Assembly (NCBI RefSeq): GCF_036321535.1 | Contig: NC_087437.1 | Location: forward strand, 9,240,001-9,304,000 | Direction: 5' to 3' | Origin: Camelus dromedarius | Lineage: Eukaryota | Length of the DNA stretch: 64,000 bases | Shown: positions 12,314 through 24,524 of the stretch, one piece after another | How positions within the stretch are numbered: position 1 is the stretch's first letter | How the letters are laid out: the number at the start of each line of letters is the position of its first letter | The notes under the pieces: generated by a model | Databases searched by the model: none | What the model was told of the DNA's origin: nothing | What the model saw: only the letters and a program-made list of their open reading frames with translations | Program-made: the position numbers and the translations under genes

Positions 12314-13729
12314 CTTTTAAAATGAAATCATCTATACCTCATATTGGAAAAAAAATTGCAAGCAACATTTGTTCTAAAGTTTCTATCTGTCACTGGTCCA
12401 TAGTTCACTATCTGAGTAAATATTCCAAATAGAAACATATCTAGCAACTTCCAGGGTCATTTTTTTCTTCACATTTTTGTTTATCCTTCATCAATTCATT
12501 CCAGCATCTATGGAGTGTCATCCAGTGCTTACTGAATGCCCAAGATGGCCAGAAACTATTCTAGGCACTGTGTATTCAAAAACACACTTCAGGTAGTAAA
12601 TCAAAGCATTTTACTGAGACAAAGAGCTTATGCAATTCATTATCTGGCTCTCCAAAATACCCCTAGCCTCTGACTTTGGACAGTCTGTGCAACTGGCACC
12701 CACAGGTCCAGAAATTCGAGGGTTAAAGATCTTGGGATGCAAACCCTGAGTTTGTATTCTGTGAAGATGGATGTAATCACAGCCATAAATTGCCAGTTAT
12801 GCATAAAGGTACAGTGACAAACAAGGCCACGAGCCATTGCCGGTCCCTGAAATTACTGATGAACTACCAACCTACAGTGAGTGAAGGAACAGGTGGTCCT
12901 CGCCCTGTGCATGCAGCTCTAAATCTTCCCAATGGACTGGGAAATAAGCACTTCCCCATTAAACACGAGCGCAGGAAGTCACTTCATCACTGGCCTGTCG
13001 CGTGAACTGCTGACACGAGAAACTTTTCCCCACAAGTACCAGGCGATTCCCCGTCCGTTGGAAAACGTCTATTTTTTTTTTTCTTTCATGCTGTCTCTTA
13101 TTTAAAAATAAAGGCCAGTTCTCTTTGCAGAACATTTTGGTGCCTGAAGCATTTAAACTCTAGTCTTCTTCCACTAAGCCTCTGGCAGTAGACCTTTTGA
13201 AAATCTGTCAATGGCATATACATTTATTTATAACCAGAGCTGTGCATATAGCATCCATCTCTATGACTCAAAAATGCCAAATGCCTGATACCTGAACAGC
13301 AATTCACTGGATACCATTTTCGAAAAATGTTAGGTCAAAGCTGCATTCATTACACAAGATCTTGTGGTTTAGGATTTGAAAACAAGAGGAAGCCCAGAAT
13401 CAGTCTGTCAGTTACTCAGCGAGCTATAAATTGCTCCCAGAATTAATTAGTATCATCTGCCTATATTTAAAAAAAAATGACGACTATGCATATTCAAAGC
13501 TTTACTGGAAGAAAGAACTGACCGGAAGAATAGAATACATTGGCAGAGACCAATGAATGTCAATTATCTAACTGAGGAAGAACAGTAGGACTGTTGGACA
13601 CCTAGCAATCCTTGCCACAGACGTGTAATTTGTGAATTATCTTTTGAAAAGATACTGAGTATGAAAAACATTACTATCTTCATGTCAATATTGGATATAA
13701 GAAGAAAAAAATTAACTCTAAATACCTAC

Positions 13730-13925
13730 TGTGAACCTGCTACTTTGCTTATAACACTCCCTTTAATCCTCAGAGACATCTCATACTGTAATGTCAGCAT
13801 CTTTACTGTACAGGTGCGAATCTGACCTTCAAAGAAGTTAAAATACTTGCACAAAATCATACAACTAAGAAGCACTGAGACAGAGGCAGGCTGATCCCAA
13901 GTCCCTCAGACTTTCATTCACAAAG
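13730..13925 (-). mobile_element. MIR SINE (degraded)
   Basis: tttaatcctcag...catctttactgtacaggtg...gaagttaaaatacttgcacaaaatcatacaactaa. Confidence 0.65.
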
Positions 13926-16691
13926 CTGGAGCAGACAGTAACCCAGAAAAGAGCTCCTTTGTCAGCTAACTTCCACTGCAGACTAGGTGCAAAACTGCAA
14001 CTTTGGTCTTGGTGATTTATCAAGGGAGCATCCAAAGATTTGAACAGATGGCTCCATCAACACCCTAAGATGTTTACTACAGCAGGCTTAATATAATCCT
14101 CCTTCAGTTCTCCAGCAAAAGGTGGTTCAGCTCTCTGTCACAGAGAAACTGGAACCAAACTCATCCTCCCTCAGCAACAATCCCTCCCGCACTGACCGGA
14201 GGAAAGCTGGAGTGGCGCCTTACACACGCCTCTCACTGGGGTAAGCACAGCTGGGCTGAGGAGACCTCTCTTCCTAAATCCCGTTGCCAAGCTGAATTTT
14301 ATGATCTTCCCTGGCAGATGACCAAATGCAAACTCTTAACTTACAGCCAAGTTATCTTCCAACAGCTGCTGGAGGAACTAATTTAGAATGCAAATCTAGT
14401 CCTTAATCTACGGGAAAATTGTTGCAGTGATGGATGGCTTTTGAAGCAATAGTTCATGAAAGACACTGCCAGGGCCCCCCTAGGATTGTGGAAGAAGAAC
14501 TGTTTAGCAGACATTTGTTTTTATTTGTTTTCTTTGGAGCAACTGCTCCAAAAGGGGGCTTGGGATCCCACAGAAAAAGAGTCCAGGTATTTAAAATCTG
14601 CCTCAACCGTCTTTTCTACAGAAGTAAAATTTGAGATCAGAAAACAGATGCAAAGACCAAGTGTCAGATGCTGTCTCCTTAGTGCATAGAAGTCCACTAC
14701 ATTAGGCTAAATCATCCAGAAGACAAGGCAATGGGATGTAACGATCCGCCCAGAACTCTTTGTGGCGTCAAGACAGTGGAAGGAACATCAGCACCTATCA
14801 CTGGTCCTACCTAAAGAACCCCGTTACTCTAGGTATGAACCATTGGTTAAAATGGATCCAGTTTTCTTTCCTTTTATTCCTTACTTTCCTTTTATTCCGA
14901 ACGGTGACCTTCTAGAACACCGGACGCGTGAAGACCTCACCGAATCACTTCACAGCTTTGATTCTCGTGTCTTCAGTCCAACCACATCTTAGGAAATGCT
15001 CAGTCCTGGTAATTAGGAAGTTGTTTTTCCCTTGAGTTATTGAGGAAACCTGGGCCTGGACAACACCTATGATGATCTCCATCTTCTGGCAACTGTCATA
15101 GAGTTAACGCAGTAGAAAAATGAGCGTCTCCACCCGGTCCCGTTTTGTTAGGCAGCAGGAGTGGTGGCTGTGGAGCTTGCAATCAGTTCACAGAACCATT
15201 AGAATCAGAATGATGGGGAATTGCTTTAACGAGTAGTGCATTCGAACAGGGAAGATGTATTCACGTTGGGGTTTTTGGTTATCGGTCTTTCCATGTGGCC
15301 TGGTATGTAATGGAGAAACACTTGTAGTTCAAGTAATTTAACTTTGAATATTAGACCAGAAACTCTCTTAACCTTGGATGTGCCTCTAAGCAGCAACTTT
15401 CACATGCACTGCTGTTCCACACAAGTCAACGAGACCACGGGAAAAAGGGAACGGTGCCACGCATCATGCCTGTGTGGGGTCCTGTCTTCCCTGACCCCAT
15501 CCCATCACTGTTACCCCTACTTAGATACACAGCCATCTGTATTACTGATCTACACGAGTCTGTGGTCGAGACGGTGGGGCTTCAACTGGGAGGAGGAAAG
15601 CATCCAGGATTCCCCACAATCGTAACAGGGAGCAGGCGCCCGATATACTGCCGTGAACAAATAGTCCCCTCCGTTCTCCGAGATTAGGCCCTGCCAAAGC
15701 ACATGATCATCCTAAATCTTCTTGGTGACCAAACAGTGACACCTCAGCTGGAAATACATTTTACCATTGCCCTAGTTGACACGTGGGAGTTTACAATTAA
15801 AACTGAGTGTCCATCTTATCGGCTTTGGCAGTACATGATGGAGGACCCTAACAATGTGTTTGGTGTTGGGATAGCAAGAAAATCCTGGATCCCCTGTGAA
15901 ATGACCTACCGTCCAGAGATGGACCAAACACTGTGATGTCAGAAAATGAAGTAAGCTCCCAGGAGGAAGACTGTATTCATTCCCCAAGGATCCTGGGGCA
16001 AAGGTATCTTTTTCCATTTCTCCTAAGAATGTCTCCATTTCTTGTCATGGGGTATAGGCTTTTATGGTTTGAAGAGGACTGACAAGGAAGACAAGTTGGG
16101 AGAGGGCTGAGATATCACCAAGCTTGAGGGGAATAAAGTTTGGATACATACAATTGGTGAGCATCATTTAGTCATTAATTTATGCACTCAATAAACATAA
16201 CTAAGCGGTATGTATCAAGCACAGCTCTAAGTATCTGGACAAGACAGTGACGCAAACAGGCAAAAATATTTTCCCCAATAGAGCTTACAGTCTAACTGAC
16301 AGTGGACAATAAACATAATAAATAGGTAAATTATGTAGTATATTATAAGGTAATTAGTTCTTAGGAGAAAAACCACCAGGTAAGGAGAGGGGGAATGACA
16401 GATGTTGAAATCCTAAATATAGTGGTCAGGGTAAGCATTGTGAGGTGGTGACACTGAGGTGAAGCTTAAAGAAACAGACCATGTAGAAATCTGAGGAAAG
16501 AGTATTCCAGGCAGAGGCAAGAGCCCATGTAAAGGCCTAGAGGTGGGAGTGAGTCTGGTGTACGTAAGACACAGTCAGGACGCGGCTGGAATGAGGCTGA
16601 AGTGAGTGAAATAACTTCCCTCAAGAGAACAACTGAAGGGAGGACTTAAAGGTTCAGTAATCAAGACAAATAATATTTTAATGCAATACTT

Positions 16692-16810
16692 GTTTTTAAA
16701 CTGAAGTATAGTCAGTTTACAATGTTGTGTCAATTTCTGGTGCACAGCATCATGTCTCAGTTGTACATGTATATCCGTGTATTTCTTTTCATATTCTTTT
16801 TCATTATAGG
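16692..16810 (-). mobile_element. Very short L1 3' end with TSD
   Basis: TSD ttaatgcaata(c/t)tt at 16678-16691 and 16811-16824. Confidence 0.88.
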
Positions 16811-16855
16811 TTAATGCAATATTTTTAAATATTAAGGTCAATGCCAAAAAAAACC

Positions 16856-16995
16856 AAGGTGAACAAACTATCAACCTTCTAAATAGGACAGGATCTGACT
16901 CTGCACTTGTACAACCCTGCCCCACTCACCTGGTTCCAATAAAAATGGGTCTACAAAAACAGGCAGTCAGCCTGCGGGCCACAATTTGCCAACTG
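16856..16995 (+). mobile_element. MER58-like hAT DNA transposon relic
   Basis: gttccaataaaa...acaaaaacaggcag...cctgcgggccacaatttgccaac resembles the MER58 end. Confidence 0.6.
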
Positions 16996-17906
16996 TATCT
17001 TTAATCCTGTATTTATTATTTGTCCCGATTACTGAGCTTTTTAATCCGTCTCCCCCTTAAAATTCTGCATGTGCCTCCCCAGCCTTACCCTAGACCCAAC
17101 CCTGCAAAGGAGGCCCATGTGACTGCAGAGGAGCACGTAGCAGGAGAGGATGTCAGAAAGCACCTGGAGGCCACATTTCATAGGCTGTGTAGCCATCCTA
17201 AGGATTCTGCCTCTCTATCTAAGTGAAATGCACCACCCTTGGAGGGGTTTTAATGGGAAAGCCACCTGATCTCAACTTACTCTTTAAAAATGGTGAGTAA
17301 GAGGAGTGGAATCAGGGAGGGCGGTTAAGAGGATGTTTATAATACTCCAGATGGGAGATGACAGTGACTAGGACCAGAGGGGTGGCATGAAGGTGGTGAA
17401 AATCATCAGATTCTGGATGTACATTAGAGGGAGAACTAACATGTTTGTGTGCTGGTGGACACAGGGTATGAGATAGGAAGGAAGGGTCATCCCAGTATTT
17501 TCACCAGATGAGCTGGAAAGGTGGGGTTGCCATTATCAGAGAAATGCTGTCCTGGGGCGGGGGGGGGGGGCAAGTGTGGAGGGGTGAGCCATGGCCTTTA
17601 GTTTTGAACATATTAGATCTGAAGTATCTACCAGCTAATCAAGTGACCACACTGAGTCAGCTGACATGGATGCATAAAGTAGAGAAAGAGATTTCAGCTG
17701 GAGATAGAAATGTGGGCGCCATCTTGAAATCTACGTAGACAACTTATTTCCCTCCTTCATCTCCAGATACTGAAGTCGTTCATGTGTGAACCAGAATTGA
17801 GAAAGCGTTTATAAGGAAGATGTCTCTTCATGAGATAGGACTCTGTTAACTTTCAGTCTTTCAAGGTTCTTCAGTGGCCTAGGAATTTGTTTAAAAGCAA
17901 AAGAAG

Positions 17907-18363
17907 CTGACTTAGTTCACTTAGTATGGTCATCTCTAAGTCCGTCCATGCTGCTAAAAATGGCATTATGGACGGTCCTAGAGAGGATCATACTAAGTGA
18001 AGTAAGTCAGACAGAGAAAGACACATATTGTATGATATCACTTCTATGTGGAATCTAAAAAAGTGATAGACACGAACTTATTTACAAAGCAGACAGACTC
18101 ACTTAGAAAGCAAACTTATGGTTCCTGGGGGAAAAAGGAGGAGGAGGAATAAATTGGGAGTTTGGAATTTTCAGATTCTAACTACTATATATAAAACAGA
18201 TAAATAAGTTTATACTGTACAGCATAGGAAGCTATATTCAATATCTTGGAATAACCTATAATAATAAAGAATATATATACATATAACTGAATCACTATGC
18301 TGCACACCAGAAACTGACACAACATTGTAAATCAACTATACTCCAATTAAAAAAAAGAAAGAA
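17907..18363 (+). mobile_element. L1 3' end with a 5' inverted (fold-back) segment
   Basis: 17907-17967 is antisense L1. 17968-18363 is sense L1 3'UTR ending in an A-rich tail. Confidence 0.88.
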
Positions 18364-21300
18364 ATTGGACTTTCTACATGAAATAATCTATGGTCAAATC
18401 TGTTTCCACTGAGTTTTAATTCTTAGCATTTTTTTCAATTTAAAGATGGGCAACATGTTTCAAGTTAGTAGAAATGACATGGTCAAACTCTTGGTAACTG
18501 GATCCCACCACAAATGTGTTACTTCCCAAAATCTGCATCAAATTTTCTACCAACATGTACCGTGCTAATAGAATTACAATGTAAATAAACATCTCCACAG
18601 GGGAAAAATTGGAGAAAGAGAGAGAGAAGGGGAGAGAGAGAGAGAAAACTCATCCTTGAGTTATTTGTATAAAATAAAGATCTGTCATTTCACATCATTC
18701 TCCAATAAATTGTAATTTTTTTTCAAACAATCAGAGTCTTATATGAGTATACAAACACAACCACTTATATTGGGCTGATTTGCAAAGTTGGGCATTACAT
18801 ACACTGTGGTTACTGTTTAAACATATAAAAATCACATGGCTGGCTAAGATGACAAGTTTCTTGAGGCAAACCATTTGACTAGCCAATCTGGACCAAGAAG
18901 AGAGAAGAACTATTTTGACCTACTGTGCCAATTGCAGATAAGGAGAAACAAGTGTGTGCAAAAAAACTATTACATTAACTGATAAACCTGCATAATGACA
19001 CAGTATCCCTTGACTAAACCGATCTGGCTCCCACCCTGGGCAGATGTGAGACCATGGCTATATCAGTGAACCAGCTCGAGCTGTCAGCTCAGCTCTTCAA
19101 AACCAGAGCCCACTCAGTGTTCTATGGTTTATGTGTTTCTATGCGGATCATTTTCTCACTAATTGATCCCATTTGCCTTTGTTTTGTTTCACAGATTAAA
19201 GTAAGAACTCATAATATGTAAGTGTCGACAGCAGATGAAAACAGCGTGTTGTTTGTTGTTCTAGTTCATCCAAAAATAGAAATATATCACTAACCTAGGA
19301 AGTCCAGCCATAGAAGAAATTTTCAGGTTTTGCTAATTAAACTTTTTAATAAAAAGGCACGATTTCCCAATAAATCCATATTATTCTGTAATTTCGTATT
19401 CTATTTATTTTTCTTTATAGTTTTGTACTCTAAAAGTTAAAATGTCTTTTATGCTTCTCTAAATTACTCTTCTGGATTTTATAAAGTAATAAAATTACAA
19501 CAAAATACAAGAAAGAAAAAGTATCTTTGTGAACCACACAAAGAACATATTAAATGTTTATTTAATTCGATATTTAAATAAACATCTAATTGGATATGCC
19601 ACGGTTTTAGGAAGTAGGAGTTGGCTCAGAGAAGTCAATTCTTTTATTGCGTATAACATACGTAACAGACATAGCTAAGAGTAATGCTGACTTTGAGCAA
19701 TTGATTTAAAAACATTTACTTCTCAATGTCTTTTTAAACCATGAAGATAGCTAGTTAGTGTTACTTAAAATAAATTGAAAACTAAAGATAAATATTCTCT
19801 AGCCCAAGCCAAAACATAAAACCTAACTTAGGAAACCATTGAAAATCAACAAAATTAGACTTGCAAACATTCTAGTAAAACATATGCTAAACTGTTTTTT
19901 ACAGCAGCACTGAATATTCATTGAATGATAATTCACATGATTTTAATTTCTACAGTAACTGCATGAAGAATGGGAAAAAGTTAACACGAAAATGAGCAAA
20001 CAATAGGTTAATAAGCTACTCTTTTGAATTAAAAAGGCAAAAACACGATAATAATAATAGAGTACAGATGATTGACCAGCCTTTACTCACTATTTTGGGA
20101 GAATCTTTCAAATGAGAGAGCAGACTGAGTCAAAGACACACGTGACAACTCAGTGAGACCCAAATGTAAATGATAAAACCATCGACAAAAGCCTTGAAGG
20201 AAAACGCTTCTCCCTTCGAGGGATGATTTGTACTGGCCTCCAGGTGTAATATTATGTGCACTGATGAGCTGATCAACAGAACAGAACTTCCACCCAGCTG
20301 TAATCAAGAGTGATTGATGGTTGGGACAAAAAAAGTTGATTATCATGACAAGTTCACTGATGCAGAGAAAATAAGTTCTGCTTGGGAAATGGATAAAACC
20401 TGCTCAGAGACTACCTTCTGGAACCTTATTATAAAGGAATCCAAGAGAAGGCTTAAAGTGGTCCAGACGGACCTGATGTCCCAACAAACCCGTTAAGAAT
20501 AAATATGCCATACATCCCTCTTCACAGATTTCTGGGTAAAGAATTTAAAAGCACATTGAGGCCCCTTAAAAAGTAAACCACCTCCTCTCAATATTATGTG
20601 TGTGATTCTTAAAAGCCATCTCTCCGCTTCTCAAAGTACCACTGAAAATCACACACGGACACAGAAAAATAAATTTTCACAGCACAGCGCGCCCCCACTT
20701 GCCCTCCACAGCTCCCTCCTCACGGGGAATGAGTTCCCTGAAGGACTGCAACCTTAACCACGATCAGATTCAATTTATATCAAAACATAGATTTGGACTG
20801 AGACCACAGATCCCAGAGGCAGCATTTTGCATTCAAAATGAGGTTTGGCAGGCTTGAAAAAGGTGACTCTGGGCCAGGATGTTGGGTGTAAGCACAGTGT
20901 TCTAAAACAGTAGCCAGGTTACGCGGAGATCCACAGCCTATGAAGAAATACACGCCTCTTTTCAAGTTGTGGTTCTAGTGTCGTATAAGAAACTCGAGCG
21001 GTGTAACCCAACGTAGAGTGCATTTTACAGCACGCCTGGTACAATTTCATTCTCCTTAAATTTCATGAGAAAACCAAACCGCCACTCCTCAACTAGGCAT
21101 CCTAAGAAATGTGGTGCGAAGAAGGTAAAATGAATGGGGAGGTTCCTTTCATCTCTAGAGATCTTTAGCCACGTGGACATTTGAGAAAGAGACACACACT
21201 TCACTTCACCACAGTTACTCTAGTTAATTAATACAGAGACTAGGACTCCAAGAAGAGACAATAACAAACAGCAACTTACAGGAAAGGAAGGATACAAAAG

Positions 21301-22714
21301 CTGTAAGACCCAAAAGGACACAAAAACAAACAGTGATATGAGTTACCCTTCTCTTAGATTCCTTTGCCCCACTGCCCCCGTACTGCCCTAAGTTTCCAGC
21401 GCTATGGTGAAACTGATGATTTATGAATCCTGAAATGAATTCTAATGAAATATAATTTTTAAAAAAGCAAGGGGCTTAATAAACAGTGACTACAATGTAC
21501 AGTGAATGGAAAGGGATAAACAGATTTTATTTTTGAGACTTTCAATTATTGGTGATCATTCATCCAGTTACTTGCTGTTAGTTGCTTTTAGTTTCTACAA
21601 CTAATGCTCTGAGAAATGTATACGATTGCAGAAGGAGTTAAAAAACAATTGATGACATTTATATGAGATATGAACATCAAATCATTTCTGGGCAATTGGG
21701 TTACACCAAGGATTTTGTTCCATGGCTAATAAAGACTTCATCAGTCAGAAAGTGATGAAGTTGCTGACATGCTCCAAAATCCAGGATACAATCTGAAAGT
21801 TAAAATTGAGGCATTTTCACTATAGCGATTTTTTTTTTTTTTTTTGCAAGTAACATAAAATTCAGAGGTCGCTACAAGGCAAGCTTTCCAAATCATAAGA
21901 ACCAGCTTCTAGGCTGTGCTCAAGTCTAATTCCACTTTTTCATTTCCTTTTCACGTCATGTACATTTCCATTTTTTAGGTCTTAGGGGACAAGTCACTTA
22001 GGATACAAATCGTGCATGGCAGAGGGACCAGCCACTGGGGAAAAGGCAACCAAAGTTCCATTTTTTTATCAAAATGTAGCACTTACTCTAAATGTTCTTA
22101 GTGAAGCTGAAATTTAGACCATCTTAGAGAATTCTATTTCTACCTTCCTTTTCTTGTTACAATAAAGAAAAATGTTTCTGGTCCTGAGCACTTCATCCAT
22201 GTATTTATTCAACATTTATTGAGTGATATCTAAGACCTCTAGAGCTTTCCGAACATGAACGTGCTTCCTGCCTCATCTTGGGGCACACACAACTTTTAGT
22301 TCACTTAATAGGAAACCTGACACTTGCTCACCGCATTCCACCCTCCCCATCACTTTCTGGCCTTCCATGCTTTTCTCATACTTAACCCTCTTCTCAAGCT
22401 CTGCATTCAGTAGATGGCAGTGGATGAAAACAGACTCAGCATAGATTCTCTCTTACCCTCTGCAGCCTCCAACAGCTACTACGATAGTGTTGCCCTTGGG
22501 TGGTTCTCGATTATGAAACACATTCCTATGGCCCAGCAATTGGTACTACTGGTGATTTAGCCATGAGTTTACTCCTGGTAGCAACCTTGATTACCTTCTG
22601 TGTTGTGAGCAGAACTAAAGTGACCAGTTGTCTTAGCTGAAAACTGTTAGCTGACACCAACAAAATAACCCAACAAAAAAAAATTTCCCTTAGGGTTGGT
22701 CACTTGATACATTA

Positions 22715-22885
22715 AGTAAAAACACTAAACTGGGACATAAGAGCCCAGTTTCCAGTCCGATTACCTGTTTCAATAGCTTAGAGACCTTGAAAAAGTACAT
22801 GAAATATTCTGACCTTTGGTTTCTCCATCTATACAATCTATAAAGTGGATGGGATGATGTCTTAGACATCTCTAAGTCCTAATAC
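22715..22885 (+). mobile_element. MIR/MIR3 SINE
   Basis: gaccttgaaaaagtac...tttggtttctccatctata...gatgatgtcttag. Confidence 0.6.
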
Positions 22886-24249
22886 ACAGCAATTCTCTGA
22901 GGTGCTCCCAGTATCTCACAGAAAGACAGATAATATCTCTGATTACTGGATGTTATGTAGACATCTCCTTGTCATATCTAAAATCAACTTTCTCTTTCTC
23001 GACTTTCAAAGTCAAATTTTCCATGTCTAGGAGAATCCAGTAGAAAAGTGAATTTTATTTTATTTTTTTGCTTTTTTGCTGTTTATAAAGAAAGGAAGTT
23101 GAGAGAAATATGGATTCTTTTATAACGATTTCTCTTTTTTCAGTCCCTTACCCTTCATTCCACCCACAGATGAAACTCTGGAATATCAAAGCTGATTCAG
23201 AGTCCCAAAATGTCCCAATATTGAAGTTTTATTTTTAAAAGCCTGCCAAAGAAACACACTACTGAAGGAGATGCCTGTGCTTCTGACTGGCTCATTTCCT
23301 CCTGAAATCTCTTAACAGCCAGACCCAGTATTTTTTGCTTGGTCTTTCTGTCCAAGTTTTGTTTTCCGAGAATTTCCAACAGAGCCTTGGGCTCCATTTA
23401 AGAAGCAGAAGCAAATGAGATTGAGGGATGAAATGGCCCAAATGCACACTCAGAGGACACTTCCTTGAAAGGGACGTCCCAGTCACTCGCTTCAAAGGCA
23501 GCCACAACCTACAGCCCATTTCCACACCCTCCCAGGCGAGCCCCTTACACAGGGGTGACCTTGCGGCCTCACTCCATCTCGCGGGTCCCAGATGTATCTC
23601 CTATAGTGAGGAAGCTGTCCTAGAACAGCTTTTGAAGAAGAAAAAGCACCCGGTGGGAAAGCCACGGTGCTCACACCAACACTCTAAATAGCGCTGTGGG
23701 TCCCGGAGACACGGAGGATGCTCTCTTATGAAAGAGATGCTTCAAAGCGGCCGGAAAATTTAATTTATAACTGGGTTCCTCTGAAGATCCTTTGGGACTC
23801 AGTGACAGCAGCAATGAACTTAAAGAGGCTGAGAGTTTTTAACAAATGCAGCTTTGCCAGGGACAAGTTGTTCCCATATTTTTTAAAAGGTAAAGATTTA
23901 CTTAGGAGCGAGCCCCTCAGATCTTCACACAAAGATACCCTAAATGCAGACAATTTCAACAGGCTAGATCCTTGTAAGTATTTTTCTCAAAGGGAGATAT
24001 TTTCAAATTCTCTTTTTCTTAAGAAGTAATTTCACATTCGGAGAAGGAAACCATCGTAACTTCATTATTTATCCCATAAAACCCAAATGACCTTTCCATT
24101 TCATTCACTATGGAGTTTATAATCCAATTGTCTCCACGCTGTATTGTATGATCCTGATGACACGGCGGTAAGGAATGGCCAGTCATTCTAAATGAGATGA
24201 TCGTGGAACCTGTACATTCAATGAAGAGCCCAAGGATAGGCAATGAAGA

Positions 24250-24524
24250 GAAGACAGACATAGAATATAAACTTACGGTTACCAGGGGGGAAGGTGGGAG
24301 GGGTGGAGGGATAAATTGGGAGCTCAAGATTTGCAGATACTAACTACTATGTATAAAATAGATAAACAACAAGGTCCTACTGTATAGCACAGGGAACCTT
24401 ATTCAGTACCTTGTAATGGTTTATAATGAAAAAGAATATGAAAAAGAATATAACTGAAACATTATGCTGTACACCAGAAATTAACACATTATAAACTGAC
24501 TACACTTGAATAAAAAAAAAAAAA
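24250..24524 (+). mobile_element. L1 3'UTR fragment with poly(A) tail
   Basis: acagacatagaa...aaacttacggttaccagggg...gataaacaacaaggtcctactg...aataaa followed by an A run. Confidence 0.9.

Larger units (their letters stand above)
16160..17735 (-). mobile_element. L2 3' region interrupted by younger insertions
   Basis: Antisense L2 3' end (cactcaataaacat...gagcttacagtct...gtattccaggcagagg...aaaggcctagaggtggga), resuming at about 17130-17735. Confidence 0.75.

Noticed and set aside
23480..23755. CpG island
   Set aside because: Only modest, short CpG enrichment with no promoter features. The same applies to 20650-21120.
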